Assembly (NCBI GenBank): GCA_035710125.1
Contig: DASTDY010000058.1
Location: 704 to 64,703, forward strand
Length of the DNA: 64,000 nucleotides
Origin: Candidatus Saccharimonadales bacterium
Lineage (GTDB): Bacteria > Patescibacteriota > Saccharimonadia > Saccharimonadales > EFPC-124
Reading direction: 5' to 3'
The notes beneath the pieces were generated by a model. The model did not search any database and was not told the origin of the DNA. It saw only the letters and a program-made list of their open reading frames with translations. Below, in pieces: positions 27,375-36,458 of the stretch; the stretch's first letter is position 1, and every line of letters starts with the position of its first letter. A program made the translations under genes and the position numbers.

Positions 27375-27384
27375 GTCTTGCCCC

Positions 27385-28026
27385 TTATTTTTCTGTTTTT
27401 ACTATAAAACTACCCACTTGTGTAGAAAACTCGGCTTTTTTAGATTCCCACGCATCTTGCTGACACCAAAAACCTGCTATCGCCACAGACTGTCCGAATC
27501 GTTTGTAGGCGACCAATTGCTTTTGCGCCTTATACGGTACGCCAGGGGTGTTGACTGTTTGGTCGGCGACGATTGTCTTGAATGTGTAGGTTTGTTGCTG
27601 GTTTTCGTCTTTTATTTTTATGTCATCACTATCTTGGGTCGAGGTTGTCGTTGTGCCATAAGCCTGGTTTAGCTTAGTGAACTCTACCGCGCTGTCTTTA
27701 AGAGGCACACCTGCCTGGATAGGTGCAGCATGGGTTACAAATCCACATCCATGCGCGCCGTCATAGTAATACGTGGTGTTGCCAGACGTTGTGTTCTGAT
27801 CGCGCTTTGTAAAACCCGCTAAATCCACGGGCACAAAGCTTACCTTTTTTACCGAATCTGTGCCATCGCCAATTGGCACCGTAAAAATGGTACTGCCTGC
27901 CGGCTTAGTAACCAACCACACACCAACACCCACAGCAACTACCAAAAATATTGCAGACAAAATAAGGATAACCACGAGCGGCTTGTGGCCTCGGACAGTC
28001 TGCGGTGAATCTTGGTTGCCTTGCAT
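27385..28026 (-). CDS. membrane-anchored extracytoplasmic hypothetical protein
   Basis: N-terminal TM PLVVILILSAIFLVVAVGVGVWLV, then a 170-aa domain with no recognised motif. Embedded in the sugar-phosphate operon. Confidence 0.55.
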   Translation of the reverse strand: MQGNQDSPQTVRGHKPLVVILILSAIFLVVAVGVGVWLVTKPAGSTIFTVPIGDGTDSVKKVSFVPVDLAGFTKRDQNTTSGNTTYYYDGAHGCGFVTHAAPIQAGVPLKDSAVEFTKLNQAYGTTTTSTQDSDDIKIKDENQQQTYTFKTIVADQTVNTPGVPYKAQKQLVAYKRFGQSVAIAGFWCQQDAWESKKAEFSTQVGSFIVKTEK

Positions 28027-28039
28027 GTAGAGCCCCTTT

Positions 28040-29026
28040 TTAGCGATGGTACTGAGGCGTGTGCGAGATCCACTCGTGCGCCTGGGTTGCGATGTGCTCG
28101 CCAGTCAACCCAAAGTGATCGAGCAGCTGGTTTGGGTCGCCAGACTCACCAAAACGGTCGTACATACCTAGGCGTAAGACCGGCATTGGGAGCTGTTCGG
28201 AGAGTAGTTCTGAGATAGCACCGCCAAAACCCCCTGCAACCTGGGCTTCTTCTACGGTAATAACGCGGCCGCTTTTATGGGCGCTGTATAAAATTGTTTC
28301 TACATCGAGCGGTTTAATTGTTGGCACATGCACTACTTGTACGCTTACATTTGATAGCGCGAGTAATTTTGCCGCCACAAGCGCCTGGTACGTCATGGTG
28401 CCGGTTGCCATGATTGTGAGGTCTGTACCCTCATGCAGTACGTAGGCCTTGCCAATCTCGAATGGCGCATCGGCAGTGGTAAATACCGGTGAATCAGCAC
28501 GCGACAAACGCAAATAGCTTGGTTTGTTGTTAGTGGCGATTGCAAGCGTAGCTTTTTCTGCCTCTACGCTGTCACCAGGGGCAACCACAATCATGTTGGG
28601 CAGCGAACGCATAAGCGCAATATCTTCTAGCATTTGATGCGTTGCACCGTCTGGCCCAACGCTTACGCCTGCATGGGAGCCTACTACTTTTACTGGCCGG
28701 TCATTCAAACATATGGTCGTGCGGATTTGCTCCCAACATCGGCCAGGGCAAAATGCTGCATAGCTACTTACAAACGGGACTTTCCCCATAGCAGCCATAC
28801 CGCTGCCCACGGTCACTAAGTTTTGCTCGGCGACACCAACATCAATAAACCGTTCGGGGAACGCTTCTGCAAAATGGGAAATCTGGGTCGATTCGGTTAA
28901 ATCAGCGCAAATGGCAACTACGTCTGGGTTTTGCTGGCCTGCTTTTAATAAACCGCGGCCGAAACCTTTGCGGTTTGACTCTTGCTTAATGTCTGCGGCG
29001 CCAATGTTATCTACAATATGCATCAC
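28040..29026 (-). CDS. transketolase, C-terminal (pyrimidine-binding) subunit
   Basis: FIDVGVAEQNLVTVGSGMA and GPDGATHQMLEDIALMRSLPN. Split transketolase; overlaps the N-terminal subunit gene by 4 nt. Confidence 0.9.
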   Translation of the reverse strand: MMHIVDNIGAADIKQESNRKGFGRGLLKAGQQNPDVVAICADLTESTQISHFAEAFPERFIDVGVAEQNLVTVGSGMAAMGKVPFVSSYAAFCPGRCWEQIRTTICLNDRPVKVVGSHAGVSVGPDGATHQMLEDIALMRSLPNMIVVAPGDSVEAEKATLAIATNNKPSYLRLSRADSPVFTTADAPFEIGKAYVLHEGTDLTIMATGTMTYQALVAAKLLALSNVSVQVVHVPTIKPLDVETILYSAHKSGRVITVEEAQVAGGFGGAISELLSEQLPMPVLRLGMYDRFGESGDPNQLLDHFGLTGEHIATQAHEWISHTPQYHR

Positions 29027-29877
29027 TCGTGCTCCCCGCTGATTTTGCCGTTTAAGCTGCGCAGCTTTTTAAGCGCATCTTTGGCTTCCTTGGCGTTATG
29101 CATCATGCCGTGCCAGTGGTAGTCGTATTCCATAAACGGCACGCCCTTGCCTGGGATTGTGTGGGCAATAATGACACTGGGACGCTCTACAACGGCGCGG
29201 GCCATGCTGCAGGCATCTATGATGCTTTCTATATTATGGCCGTCTATCTCTTGTACATGCCAGCCAAAGGCCTCCCATTTGTCACGCAAGTTCTCGAGCG
29301 GCATTATGGTTTCGGTATTGCCGTCTATTTGGATATTGTTACGGTCAACAATAGCGATTAAATTATGCAGTTTGTACTTGGCGGCGAACATCACGCCCTC
29401 CCAGTAGTTGCCTTCGTTCATTTCTCCGTCGCTGGTTATGCAATATACAAACCGGTGCTTGTCGCCATTTATTTGCAGTGCCTTGGCCATACCTGCCGAT
29501 TGGCTTAAACCGCTACCCAATGGACCAGAGGTTGTCTCCATACCTGGCAATTTAAGGCGCTCTGGGTGGCCTTGTAGCCGGCTGCCGAGTTTGCGTAATG
29601 TCTTGAGCTCTGCCTTAGGAAAATACCCAGCGTGCGCCATGGTGACATACCGCACAGGAACGGTGTGGCCATTGCTTAAAATTAGGATGTCGCGATCTGG
29701 CAGGTCAGGGTTTTTAGGATCGTGGTTCAAGATATGAAAATACAGGGCGGTAAAAATATCTGCCAAGTCTAGCGGACCAGCTGTGTGGCCGCTGCCAGCC
29801 ACTTCAAGCATTTTAATAATATCAATGCGAATTTCGTTGGCTTTGCTCTCTAGTTGTGGAATTGTAAGACGCATCAT
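29023..29877 (-). CDS. transketolase, N-terminal (TPP-binding) subunit
   Basis: GSGHTAGPLDLADIFTALYF, SNGH and CITSDGEMNEGNYWE. Confidence 0.9.
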   Translation of the reverse strand: MMRLTIPQLESKANEIRIDIIKMLEVAGSGHTAGPLDLADIFTALYFHILNHDPKNPDLPDRDILILSNGHTVPVRYVTMAHAGYFPKAELKTLRKLGSRLQGHPERLKLPGMETTSGPLGSGLSQSAGMAKALQINGDKHRFVYCITSDGEMNEGNYWEGVMFAAKYKLHNLIAIVDRNNIQIDGNTETIMPLENLRDKWEAFGWHVQEIDGHNIESIIDACSMARAVVERPSVIIAHTIPGKGVPFMEYDYHWHGMMHNAKEAKDALKKLRSLNGKISGEHE

Positions 29878-29900
29878 ATTGGTTATGATTATACCAGCTT

Positions 29901-30542
29901 TTAGTCTTGGCTACGCGCGCCAAGTTCTTTTAATTGGTTGAAGGCCGCTTTAGGATCTTCGGCGCGCTGGATAAACCCGCCAGCGTTGAGAACATCGATA
30001 CCGCCAAGCGCTAACTGGGCGGCGTTATCTGCGTTTACACCACCATCCCAGCCGATTTCGGCAGTCGGGTTAATTGCTTTAATTTGTGCGACCTTTTTTA
30101 GCAGGTCTAGGTCGGCCATGCCGCCAAAATGGCCAAGATCGCCACTAAAAATGAGCACGTGGTCGGCCTCGGCAATTATTTGGTGCGCAGCTTGCGGCGG
30201 AGTTTGCTGCAATAATGCAACACCGGTGCGGATTCCCAGCGCCCGCAACTGCAAAATCATACTAGTTAGATTGCCCTGGGATTCGGCGTGCACAATAACC
30301 AATTGCGGGTTCAGGCTTACGACCGTCTCTAGGTGTACCGTGGGATCTTTTAGCATGAGGTGCAAGTCGGCCACAATGCCTTCTGGCCAATAGGCCTGCA
30401 CGGGATTAATCATTTTTACAGGCGAAAACTGGCCGTCGCTAAAATCTATATGGACTCGCTTAGCAAATGGAGCAACGCGAGCCATCTGCTCGCGGTAGGC
30501 GTGGGCGTCTGCAGCTGTAACGCAGGGGACAATTTGCGCCAT
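29901..30542 (-). CDS. rpe: ribulose-phosphate 3-epimerase-like protein
   Basis: TIM-barrel motifs VHIDFSDGQF, DLHLM, VHAES and GWDGGV. Lies between rpiB and tkt. Confidence 0.7.
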   Translation of the reverse strand: MAQIVPCVTAADAHAYREQMARVAPFAKRVHIDFSDGQFSPVKMINPVQAYWPEGIVADLHLMLKDPTVHLETVVSLNPQLVIVHAESQGNLTSMILQLRALGIRTGVALLQQTPPQAAHQIIAEADHVLIFSGDLGHFGGMADLDLLKKVAQIKAINPTAEIGWDGGVNADNAAQLALGGIDVLNAGGFIQRAEDPKAAFNQLKELGARSQD

Positions 30543-30997
30543 TAGCCGTAGATCTCCTCTATTTCACGCAAACGGCGGACGTGGCGTTCGGCCTTAGAGA
30601 AGGGCGTTTTGAGCCAGAGGTCGATTATGTCGAACGCCTGTTGTTCGTTATCGTCAAAGACGCGCGCAGGCAGCGCCAGCACATTTGCATCGTTATCGTT
30701 GCGTGACATTTTGGCTTCGGTTTCGTCGGCCACCACCACAGCGCGGATACCACGCACGCGGTTGGCGGCGATTGCCATGCCTTGGCCTCCGCCGCATAGC
30801 AGGATCGCGCGGGGGTCGTCATCGGTACTGCCCAAAACTTTAGTAGCTGCTAAAAAGGCAAACTGGGGATAGTCGTCAGCGGGGTCGAGCACCGTATTGC
30901 CCACATCTTCTACTTTAAAACCGTTTTTAAGCAAATGCGCCTCTACCTTTTCTTTAAGGTGGAATCCAGCATGGTCAGAGCCAAGGAACACTATCAT
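30542..30997 (-). CDS. rpiB: ribose-5-phosphate isomerase B
   Basis: MIVFLGSDHAGFHLK...CGGGQGMAIAANR is the RpiB/LacAB signature. Confidence 0.9.
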   Translation of the reverse strand: MIVFLGSDHAGFHLKEKVEAHLLKNGFKVEDVGNTVLDPADDYPQFAFLAATKVLGSTDDDPRAILLCGGGQGMAIAANRVRGIRAVVVADETEAKMSRNDNDANVLALPARVFDDNEQQAFDIIDLWLKTPFSKAERHVRRLREIEEIYG

Positions 30998-32010
30998 TTT
31001 TGCAGCGCCTTACCAACATCTGCAACCAACTCTACAAGGCGGTTGCTATAGCCCCATTCGTTATCGTACCAGGCAACTACGCGTAGCATGTTGCCGCCTA
31101 CGACTGCCGTTAGTTTAAGGTCAACGATTGCCGAATGGCTGTTGCCTTTAAAATCGCTGCTTACCAGCTCTTCGTCGGTAACGGCTAAAATCCCTTGGTA
31201 ATAAGGCTCTTTGGCTGCTTTTGTAAAGGCGGCATTTACTTCTTCTGCGGTGACATCGCGCTTAGTTATAAAGGTGGTGTCGGCCAAGCTAACAACAGGG
31301 GTGGGAACGCGAATGCTTAGCCCGCCAAACACTCCTTCGAGCGCAGGCAAGGCTTTTGCCGCTGCAATGCTCGCGCCTGTGGTTGTTGGCACAATATTTT
31401 CGGCGGCTGCACGTGCTTCGCGTAGGTCTTTTGCCGGTGCATCTTGCAAGCGCTGGCTTGCGGTGTAGCTGTGCACGGTGGTCATCATGGCTTTCTCTAC
31501 GCCAAAATTGCTTTCTACGACTGCAGCGACCGGTGTAATACAGTTAGTTGTGCAACTCGCGTTGCTTATAACATCGGTGGCGTTTTCTATTTTGTCTTCG
31601 TTTACCCCGAGCACAATGGTATCGGCACCGCTCCCTTTGGCAGGGGCGCTAATGACCACTTTTTTTGCACCAGCTGGGTGGATATGCGCCTTGGCTTTTG
31701 CTGGATCGGTAAAAAAGCCGGTGCATTCAAGCACTACGTCTACGCCATGGGCACCCCAAGGGAGTGCTGCGGGGTCTTTTTCTGCTAATACTTTAATATG
31801 GACACCGTTAACAGTAATACCGGCTTCGTCGGAAGTAACACTATGTTGGTACGATCCGTATGAAGAGTCGTACTTTAGTAGATGGGCCAGCGTTTTTGTA
31901 TCTGTTAGGTCATTTATGGCGACGATTTCAATATCGCTACGGTCGAACGCGATTTTAAACGCGCTCCGCCCTATCCGACCAAACCCGTTGATTGCAACCC
32001 GAGTTTTCAC
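30994..32010 (-). CDS. gap: type I glyceraldehyde-3-phosphate dehydrogenase
   Basis: GTG start. AINGFGRIGR and the catalytic SNASCTTNC. 338 aa. Confidence 0.95.
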   Translation of the reverse strand: MKTRVAINGFGRIGRSAFKIAFDRSDIEIVAINDLTDTKTLAHLLKYDSSYGSYQHSVTSDEAGITVNGVHIKVLAEKDPAALPWGAHGVDVVLECTGFFTDPAKAKAHIHPAGAKKVVISAPAKGSGADTIVLGVNEDKIENATDVISNASCTTNCITPVAAVVESNFGVEKAMMTTVHSYTASQRLQDAPAKDLREARAAAENIVPTTTGASIAAAKALPALEGVFGGLSIRVPTPVVSLADTTFITKRDVTAEEVNAAFTKAAKEPYYQGILAVTDEELVSSDFKGNSHSAIVDLKLTAVVGGNMLRVVAWYDNEWGYSNRLVELVADVGKALQK

Positions 32011-32091
32011 CCTTCACCCCCACTTCTTTCTTTAAGCGTTAGCTTTGTTCAGGTCTATTGTAGTAAAAGCGTGGCCGGTGCGCAATGTTCA

Positions 32092-32120
32092 TTGAAAAAA
32101 ACTTAGTTAGGTTTTAAAAT
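32092..32120 (+). promoter_or_regulatory. putative promoter of GC-rich cassette 3a
   Basis: TTGAAA (32092-32097), 17 nt, then TAAAAT (32115-32120). Confidence 0.35.
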
Positions 32121-32149
32121 TATTTCACACAGCAAAGTAAGGAGTCTAG

Positions 32150-32557
32150 TTGCGCATTCACACTGGCCCGATCCAAACGAATTCGGACCAACAGAATCAG
32201 CTCGACGCGTTTTGGCTCGCTGCCACCATGGAGAACGACGCGAAGATCCTCTTGGAGGTCAAGCGAGCAACACGGCTCGTCCCACGGTCGTTCACCCTAC
32301 AGCTCAATGGGCGCACCGTTGCATGTACGTTGCAGCGGTTTGTGCTTGAAGAGCAGAACATCATCTTGGCGACTATTCCGCCAGTCGAAACCGAACGAGT
32401 ATGGCCACGCGACATCCCCCAGCCTTGCGTGGTGATGTTCACTCGCATCGGAAGCGAACGCTGGCAAGCTGCAGAGTTTATCGTGAGGCTCACCGGCGGG
32501 CCACTCACCAAGATACAGCTACTCTCGCTCATGTTGGGCGAACCAACATCCCGATGA
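32150..32557 (+). CDS. orphan GC-rich ORF 3a (135 aa), unknown function
   Basis: AAGGAG at 32139-32144 lies 5 nt before TTG 32150. Codons are G/C-ending biased. No recognised motif. Contains GSERWQAAEF, resembling the G.ERW.VV block of 3b/3c. Confidence 0.5.
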   Translation: MRIHTGPIQTNSDQQNQLDAFWLAATMENDAKILLEVKRATRLVPRSFTLQLNGRTVACTLQRFVLEEQNIILATIPPVETERVWPRDIPQPCVVMFTRIGSERWQAAEFIVRLTGGPLTKIQLLSLMLGEPTSR

Positions 32558-32633
32558 ACAGGGAGCACAACAAGCACGGGTGACGGCCCGACCTTGCTGG
32601 CCCCTGCCGATGGAACTGCTGATGTAGCCGCGT

Positions 32634-32664
32634 GTCGCCGCCCGAAACCAACTCGGGCGGCGAC
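32634..32664 (+). terminator. GC-only hairpin after ORF 3a (12-bp perfect stem)
   Basis: GTCGCCGCCCGA-aaccaac-TCGGGCGGCGAC with no U tract, followed by an abrupt switch to AT-rich DNA. Confidence 0.5.
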
Positions 32665-32715
32665 TGCCCACTCTAATTTATTAGTGTTTATGGCTTAAAC
32701 ACACTTTTTAAAAAA

Positions 32716-32789
32716 TTGCAAAGCGTACAATTTTATTTTATTATTTATTAGCAAATCGACCCCGCTTTGCAAAACCACGATGCTATAAG
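32716..32789 (+). promoter_or_regulatory. AT-rich promoter region for ORFs 3b-3c with a 10-bp inverted repeat
   Basis: Candidate 1: TTGCAA (32716), 17 nt, TATTAT (32739). Candidate 2: TGCTATAAG (32781-32789), only 5 nt before GTG 32795, which resembles the native TGCTAYAAT leaderless layout. The inverted repeat TTGCAAAGCG (32716-32725) / CGCTTTGCAA (32763-32772) brackets the region. Confidence 0.35.
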
Positions 32790-32794
32790 GACTT

Positions 32795-33271
32795 GTGTTG
32801 GACAAGCTGAGTGACAACACCGACTCCACTCCGTTGCACTTTCGGGTTGCGCCTCCGGAATACCTGAAGGTTGTGAAGATCGAAGAGGTCAAGTGGCCGG
32901 TAGACCAGACGGCGCTGCAAGCGGCGCAAAATGCGTTCGCCGACCACCTGAAAGAAATGGTCAACCCCATCGGCGAAGAAGCGGTCATCCCACCGGTTGT
33001 GATCGATGGGCGGGAGTGGCAGGTGGTAAGCCTGATCGCCCGTGAGATCTTCTTGGCGACTGTGCTTCGGCACGGTGCCGAGTATCTCATGGTCGACCAA
33101 GAATGCTCAAGCAGCATGCACGTCAGGTTCGGCGCTGAAGCCCACGGCTACTCCAGTGTTCCTACGCCTGGCCGTGAACCTGCCGACGCAACCGACTTGC
33201 AACAGGCAGCTGCAATCCACGAGCTGCAAATGGCGACCGCCACCTACAAGATGATGGAGTTCTGGTCGTAA
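32795..33271 (+). CDS. orphan GC-rich ORF 3b (158 aa), unknown function
   Basis: GTG start. G/C-ending codons. Block DGREWQVVSLIAREIFLATVLRHGAEYLMV...FGAEA parallels ORF 3c. Confidence 0.5.
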   Translation: MLDKLSDNTDSTPLHFRVAPPEYLKVVKIEEVKWPVDQTALQAAQNAFADHLKEMVNPIGEEAVIPPVVIDGREWQVVSLIAREIFLATVLRHGAEYLMVDQECSSSMHVRFGAEAHGYSSVPTPGREPADATDLQQAAAIHELQMATATYKMMEFWS

Positions 33272-33314
33272 CGGGTAGCACTGCTATCAATATCCGCAAC
33301 GCCAAGGGAGAAAC

Positions 33315-33725
33315 GTGTCTACCCCTCCGCCCCACCGGTCGGTCGTCCACACCGAGCTGTTCGAGGTGAACATCGACCCAGAAGTCGTGAAAAAGGCGAG
33401 AGGCCTCTTCTTGTTGGGGCAGTACGCACAGGACGTCCACGAGGCATCACTGGACATCGGCTCCAACACCTTCAGGCTTGGTGGCGAACGTTGGGAGGTA
33501 GTGGCCACCGAAGACCTCGGTCTGACACTCCTGATGTCCGAAGCACGGTACATGCTGGTTTCTACCGTGACCGTGCTGCCTGCCTACCCCCTGGTGGAAT
33601 TCGCCGAAAAGGCCGACTGGTCTGAATCCGGCGCGTTTGTCTCGGCTCAGGCAGAGCAGCGAAGGGCGGCCATGAACAGGCTCCAACCCATGCTACGAAA
33701 GCTTGAGCGTCGGCACCGGGCCTAG
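33315..33725 (+). CDS. orphan GC-rich ORF 3c (136 aa), probable distant paralogue of 3b
   Basis: AAGGGAG lies 4 nt before GTG 33315. Block GGERWEVVATEDLGLTLLMSEARYMLV...FAEKA. Basic C-terminal helix RRAAMNRLQPMLRKLERRHRA. Confidence 0.5.
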   Translation: MSTPPPHRSVVHTELFEVNIDPEVVKKARGLFLLGQYAQDVHEASLDIGSNTFRLGGERWEVVATEDLGLTLLMSEARYMLVSTVTVLPAYPLVEFAEKADWSESGAFVSAQAEQRRAAMNRLQPMLRKLERRHRA

Positions 33726-33745
33726 CCCCAAGCGCACGTGGAATC

Positions 33746-33785
33746 AGGGCGCTGTCAGAGTACAACTTTTGGCAGCGCCCTTTTT
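33746..33785 (+). terminator. rho-independent terminator after ORF 3c, convergent with ppa
   Basis: AGGGCGCTG-(18-nt loop)-CAGCGCCCT followed by TTTTT. Confidence 0.55.
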
Positions 33786-33831
33786 CGCGCCAAAAACACC
33801 GCCTTTTGCGACGGCGCTTTTGTTGTTAGCT

Positions 33832-34362
33832 TTATTTGTTATTCCAACGCTCGACGCATTCGGCAATAATAGCCTTTGCGGCAGCAATGTCGCCCCAACC
33901 CTGCACCTTTGTAACGCCTGGCTTTTTAAGGTCTTTGTAGTGGTTAAAATGAAATTCTACTTTTTGTTTCCAGCGGTCGCCTAGGTCGTCGAGGGTTTTA
34001 ATTGCATCGCCAGTGTTGCGGTCGTCGGCGGGCACAACAACAATTTTGTGGTCCATCTCACCATCGTCTTCAAAATTCATAACACCTAAAATACGGGCTT
34101 CGAGCCAAACGCCAGTCGGCAGTGGCTCTTCGGTCACAATAAGGGTATCTAGCTCATCACCGTCGCCGTCTAGGGTTTGAGGGATAAACCCATAACTGCA
34201 AGGTTTTGCAAAAATTGCAGGTTCTACGCGGTCGAGCATAAATGCGGCGCGGCCACGATCCCATTCAATTTTAAGCATTGATCCCTGAGGGATTTCTACA
34301 ACTGTGTTTACCAGGCCATTTGCGGTGTCGCCTGGGGTGAGGACTTGGTTAAAGTCAGCCAT
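33832..34362 (-). CDS. ppa: inorganic pyrophosphatase (family I)
   Basis: VVEIPQGS..K.E, DGDELDTLIV and DDGEMDHKIVVVPADD are family I PPase signatures. Confidence 0.92.
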   Translation of the reverse strand: MADFNQVLTPGDTANGLVNTVVEIPQGSMLKIEWDRGRAAFMLDRVEPAIFAKPCSYGFIPQTLDGDGDELDTLIVTEEPLPTGVWLEARILGVMNFEDDGEMDHKIVVVPADDRNTGDAIKTLDDLGDRWKQKVEFHFNHYKDLKKPGVTKVQGWGDIAAAKAIIAECVERWNNK

Positions 34363-34463
34363 GATGGTTCCTTGATTACTTCGCCACTATTGTAACAGAT
34401 TGTACTTGTAAGCGAAGATTTTTTACCAACCACGACTCGCACAACTTGTAGTAAAATAAGCAT

Positions 34464-35150
34464 ATGCAAATTATCGGCCATCGGGGTGCGGCAGGCCTGG
34501 CGCTCGAGAATACTCTGGCCAGTTTTAAAGCCGCAATAAACGCTGGCGTGGACTGGATTGAGTTCGACGTGAGGGCTACGTCTGACGGGCGCGTTGTAGT
34601 AAGCCACGACGCCCACACCCTGCGCACCGGCCACCGCCCTAAACTCATTTCACGCAATACGTATGCGACGTTGCGCAATATTAATTTAAAAGGCGGGCAC
34701 ACAATCCCGACTATTGCAGAAGCCTTTAATGCGATCGGCCGGCAGGCAAAAATTAATGTCGAAATTAAAACGCCTGGATGCGCCGAAGCAGTCGTGCAAA
34801 ACATTGAACGCATGGTTAAAAATGGTGCGAGTTACTCTGATTTTATGGTGAGTTCATTTAAAGTACCCCGCCTCCGCGAGGTGCATAGATTAAACAGTAA
34901 GATTGCCCTGGCACTATTGCATGGCACCCGCCCCTATAAGTTCTTAAAGTTGAAGGGCTTGCGCGTGCAGGCTGTGGGATTTTCGGGCAAACGGTTGCCA
35001 GACAAAGCAATCCACCAAGCCGAACTGCGCGAACTTATGGTATACGTGTACACTATTAACACCTTAAAAAGCGCACAAAAATTCCAGGAACGAGGCGTTC
35101 AGGCCATAGTAACCAACCGGCCTGACCTTTTGCAGCAATTGCGAGACTAA
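34464..35150 (+). CDS. glycerophosphodiester phosphodiesterase
   Basis: MQIIGHRGAAGLALENTLASFKAAINAGVDWIEFDVRATSDGRVVVSHD is the GDPD signature. Confidence 0.85.
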   Translation: MQIIGHRGAAGLALENTLASFKAAINAGVDWIEFDVRATSDGRVVVSHDAHTLRTGHRPKLISRNTYATLRNINLKGGHTIPTIAEAFNAIGRQAKINVEIKTPGCAEAVVQNIERMVKNGASYSDFMVSSFKVPRLREVHRLNSKIALALLHGTRPYKFLKLKGLRVQAVGFSGKRLPDKAIHQAELRELMVYVYTINTLKSAQKFQERGVQAIVTNRPDLLQQLRD

Positions 35151-35155
35151 GATTT

Positions 35156-36106
35156 TTAGGCTTTTTTTATGCCTCGCTCTTGGTCTTGCAGATATTCGCG
35201 GATTTTTAACGCGGCCGTTGCACCCTCGCCAACGGCGCTCGCGATTTGCATAGTCGCCCCGCTTCGCACGTCGCCACTGGCAAATACGCCTGGTATGTTG
35301 GTTTGCAGATTGGAGTCTGTGACAATAAACCCATCTTTGTCTAACTGAACGCCACTATCCTTTAAAAAACCGGTATTTGGCAATAGGCCAACAAACACAA
35401 ATACGCCGTCTACCGCTAATTGTGCTGGTTCGCCATTTTGCGTAACGCGGACAGAGGTAACTTTGTTGTCGGCGCCGACTATCTCGTCTGTGGTAGTGTT
35501 GAGGTGAACAGTCACTTTGCCGGCTTTTACCTGCTTGTCTAGCTCATGCCGTAGGACTTCCGACGCGCGGATCTTGCTCCGCACCAAAAGGTCTATGTGC
35601 GCGGCAAACCTAAGCAAAAAAAGCGTTTCTTGCACGGCCGAGTTGCCACCACCCACTACTGCGAGTTTTTTATCGCGATAAAATGCACCGTCGCACGTAG
35701 CACAGTAATGTACGCCACGGCCGTAATATTCTGATTCGCCTTTAACGCCGATTTTCTTGTAATCGGAACCGGTAGCAATAAGCACTGTTTTTGCGAATAG
35801 AGTTCCGTCAGTTGTTTCTACCCGCTTAAGCGCGCCTTCGTCTACAATATTGCTTACTTCGCCTAGTCTTATATCGGCGCCAAAACGGTTTGCCTGGCCT
35901 TCTAACGCCTGCGCCAACTCAAGGCCACCAATACCTTTTACAAAGCCAGGGTAGTTGTCTACCCAATCAGTTATTGCGGCAAGGCCGCCGATCACGCCTT
36001 TTTCGTATAAAACGGTATCTATGTCTTCGCGGGTGGTGTACACTGCTGCAGCGAGCGCAGACGGGCCTGCACCAATCATAATTACGTCGTGTTGTTCACT
36101 TGCCAT
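35156..36106 (-). CDS. trxB: thioredoxin-disulfide reductase
   Basis: GAGPSALAAAVY, redox CATCDG, GGGNSAVQE and SGDV. Confidence 0.92.
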   Translation of the reverse strand: MASEQHDVIMIGAGPSALAAAVYTTREDIDTVLYEKGVIGGLAAITDWVDNYPGFVKGIGGLELAQALEGQANRFGADIRLGEVSNIVDEGALKRVETTDGTLFAKTVLIATGSDYKKIGVKGESEYYGRGVHYCATCDGAFYRDKKLAVVGGGNSAVQETLFLLRFAAHIDLLVRSKIRASEVLRHELDKQVKAGKVTVHLNTTTDEIVGADNKVTSVRVTQNGEPAQLAVDGVFVFVGLLPNTGFLKDSGVQLDKDGFIVTDSNLQTNIPGVFASGDVRSGATMQIASAVGEGATAALKIREYLQDQERGIKKA

Positions 36107-36375
36107 TATGCCAACCCCTGGACCGCTGCTGTTAATTTAGCCGGATTCCACCCGACAGTAATATTTTTAGGAATAGATTCGTCTTCTGGGTCTTCTACCA
36201 CCACCACCGGCACGGTCATTGCACCGCTCATTTCTATGACTTTTTGGCGGACCTCGCTTGGTTCGTGGTCCATGTTTACCACGCTAAACGGCACACCTTT
36301 GCCGGTCAGGAATTTTTTAACCATTTCGCAATACGCGCAGGTTGTTGTTGTGTATATTGTTACTGTTTTTTTCAT
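36106..36375 (-). CDS. glutaredoxin/NrdH-like small redoxin
   Basis: MKKTVTIYTTTTCAYCEMVKKFL (CxxC). Start at Met 36375 with GGAGGGGGA upstream. Its stop overlaps the trxB start. Confidence 0.75.
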   Translation of the reverse strand: MKKTVTIYTTTTCAYCEMVKKFLTGKGVPFSVVNMDHEPSEVRQKVIEMSGAMTVPVVVVEDPEDESIPKNITVGWNPAKLTAAVQGLA

Positions 36376-36458
36376 TGCACCTTCCCCCTCCAAGAGACTG
36401 TTCCTAGTATATATAGCGTAATAATGCTTATGCAAGACGCTATATGTTGTACTTTGTA

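Noticed and set aside
33042-33765. Alternate-frame and antisense ORFs inside island 3 (for example 33162-33440 -, 33287-33553 -, 33447-33686 -, 33562-33765 -).
   Set aside because: They are Arg/Pro-rich out-of-frame products of GC-rich DNA, without SD sites. The + strand frames carry SD sequences and a terminator.
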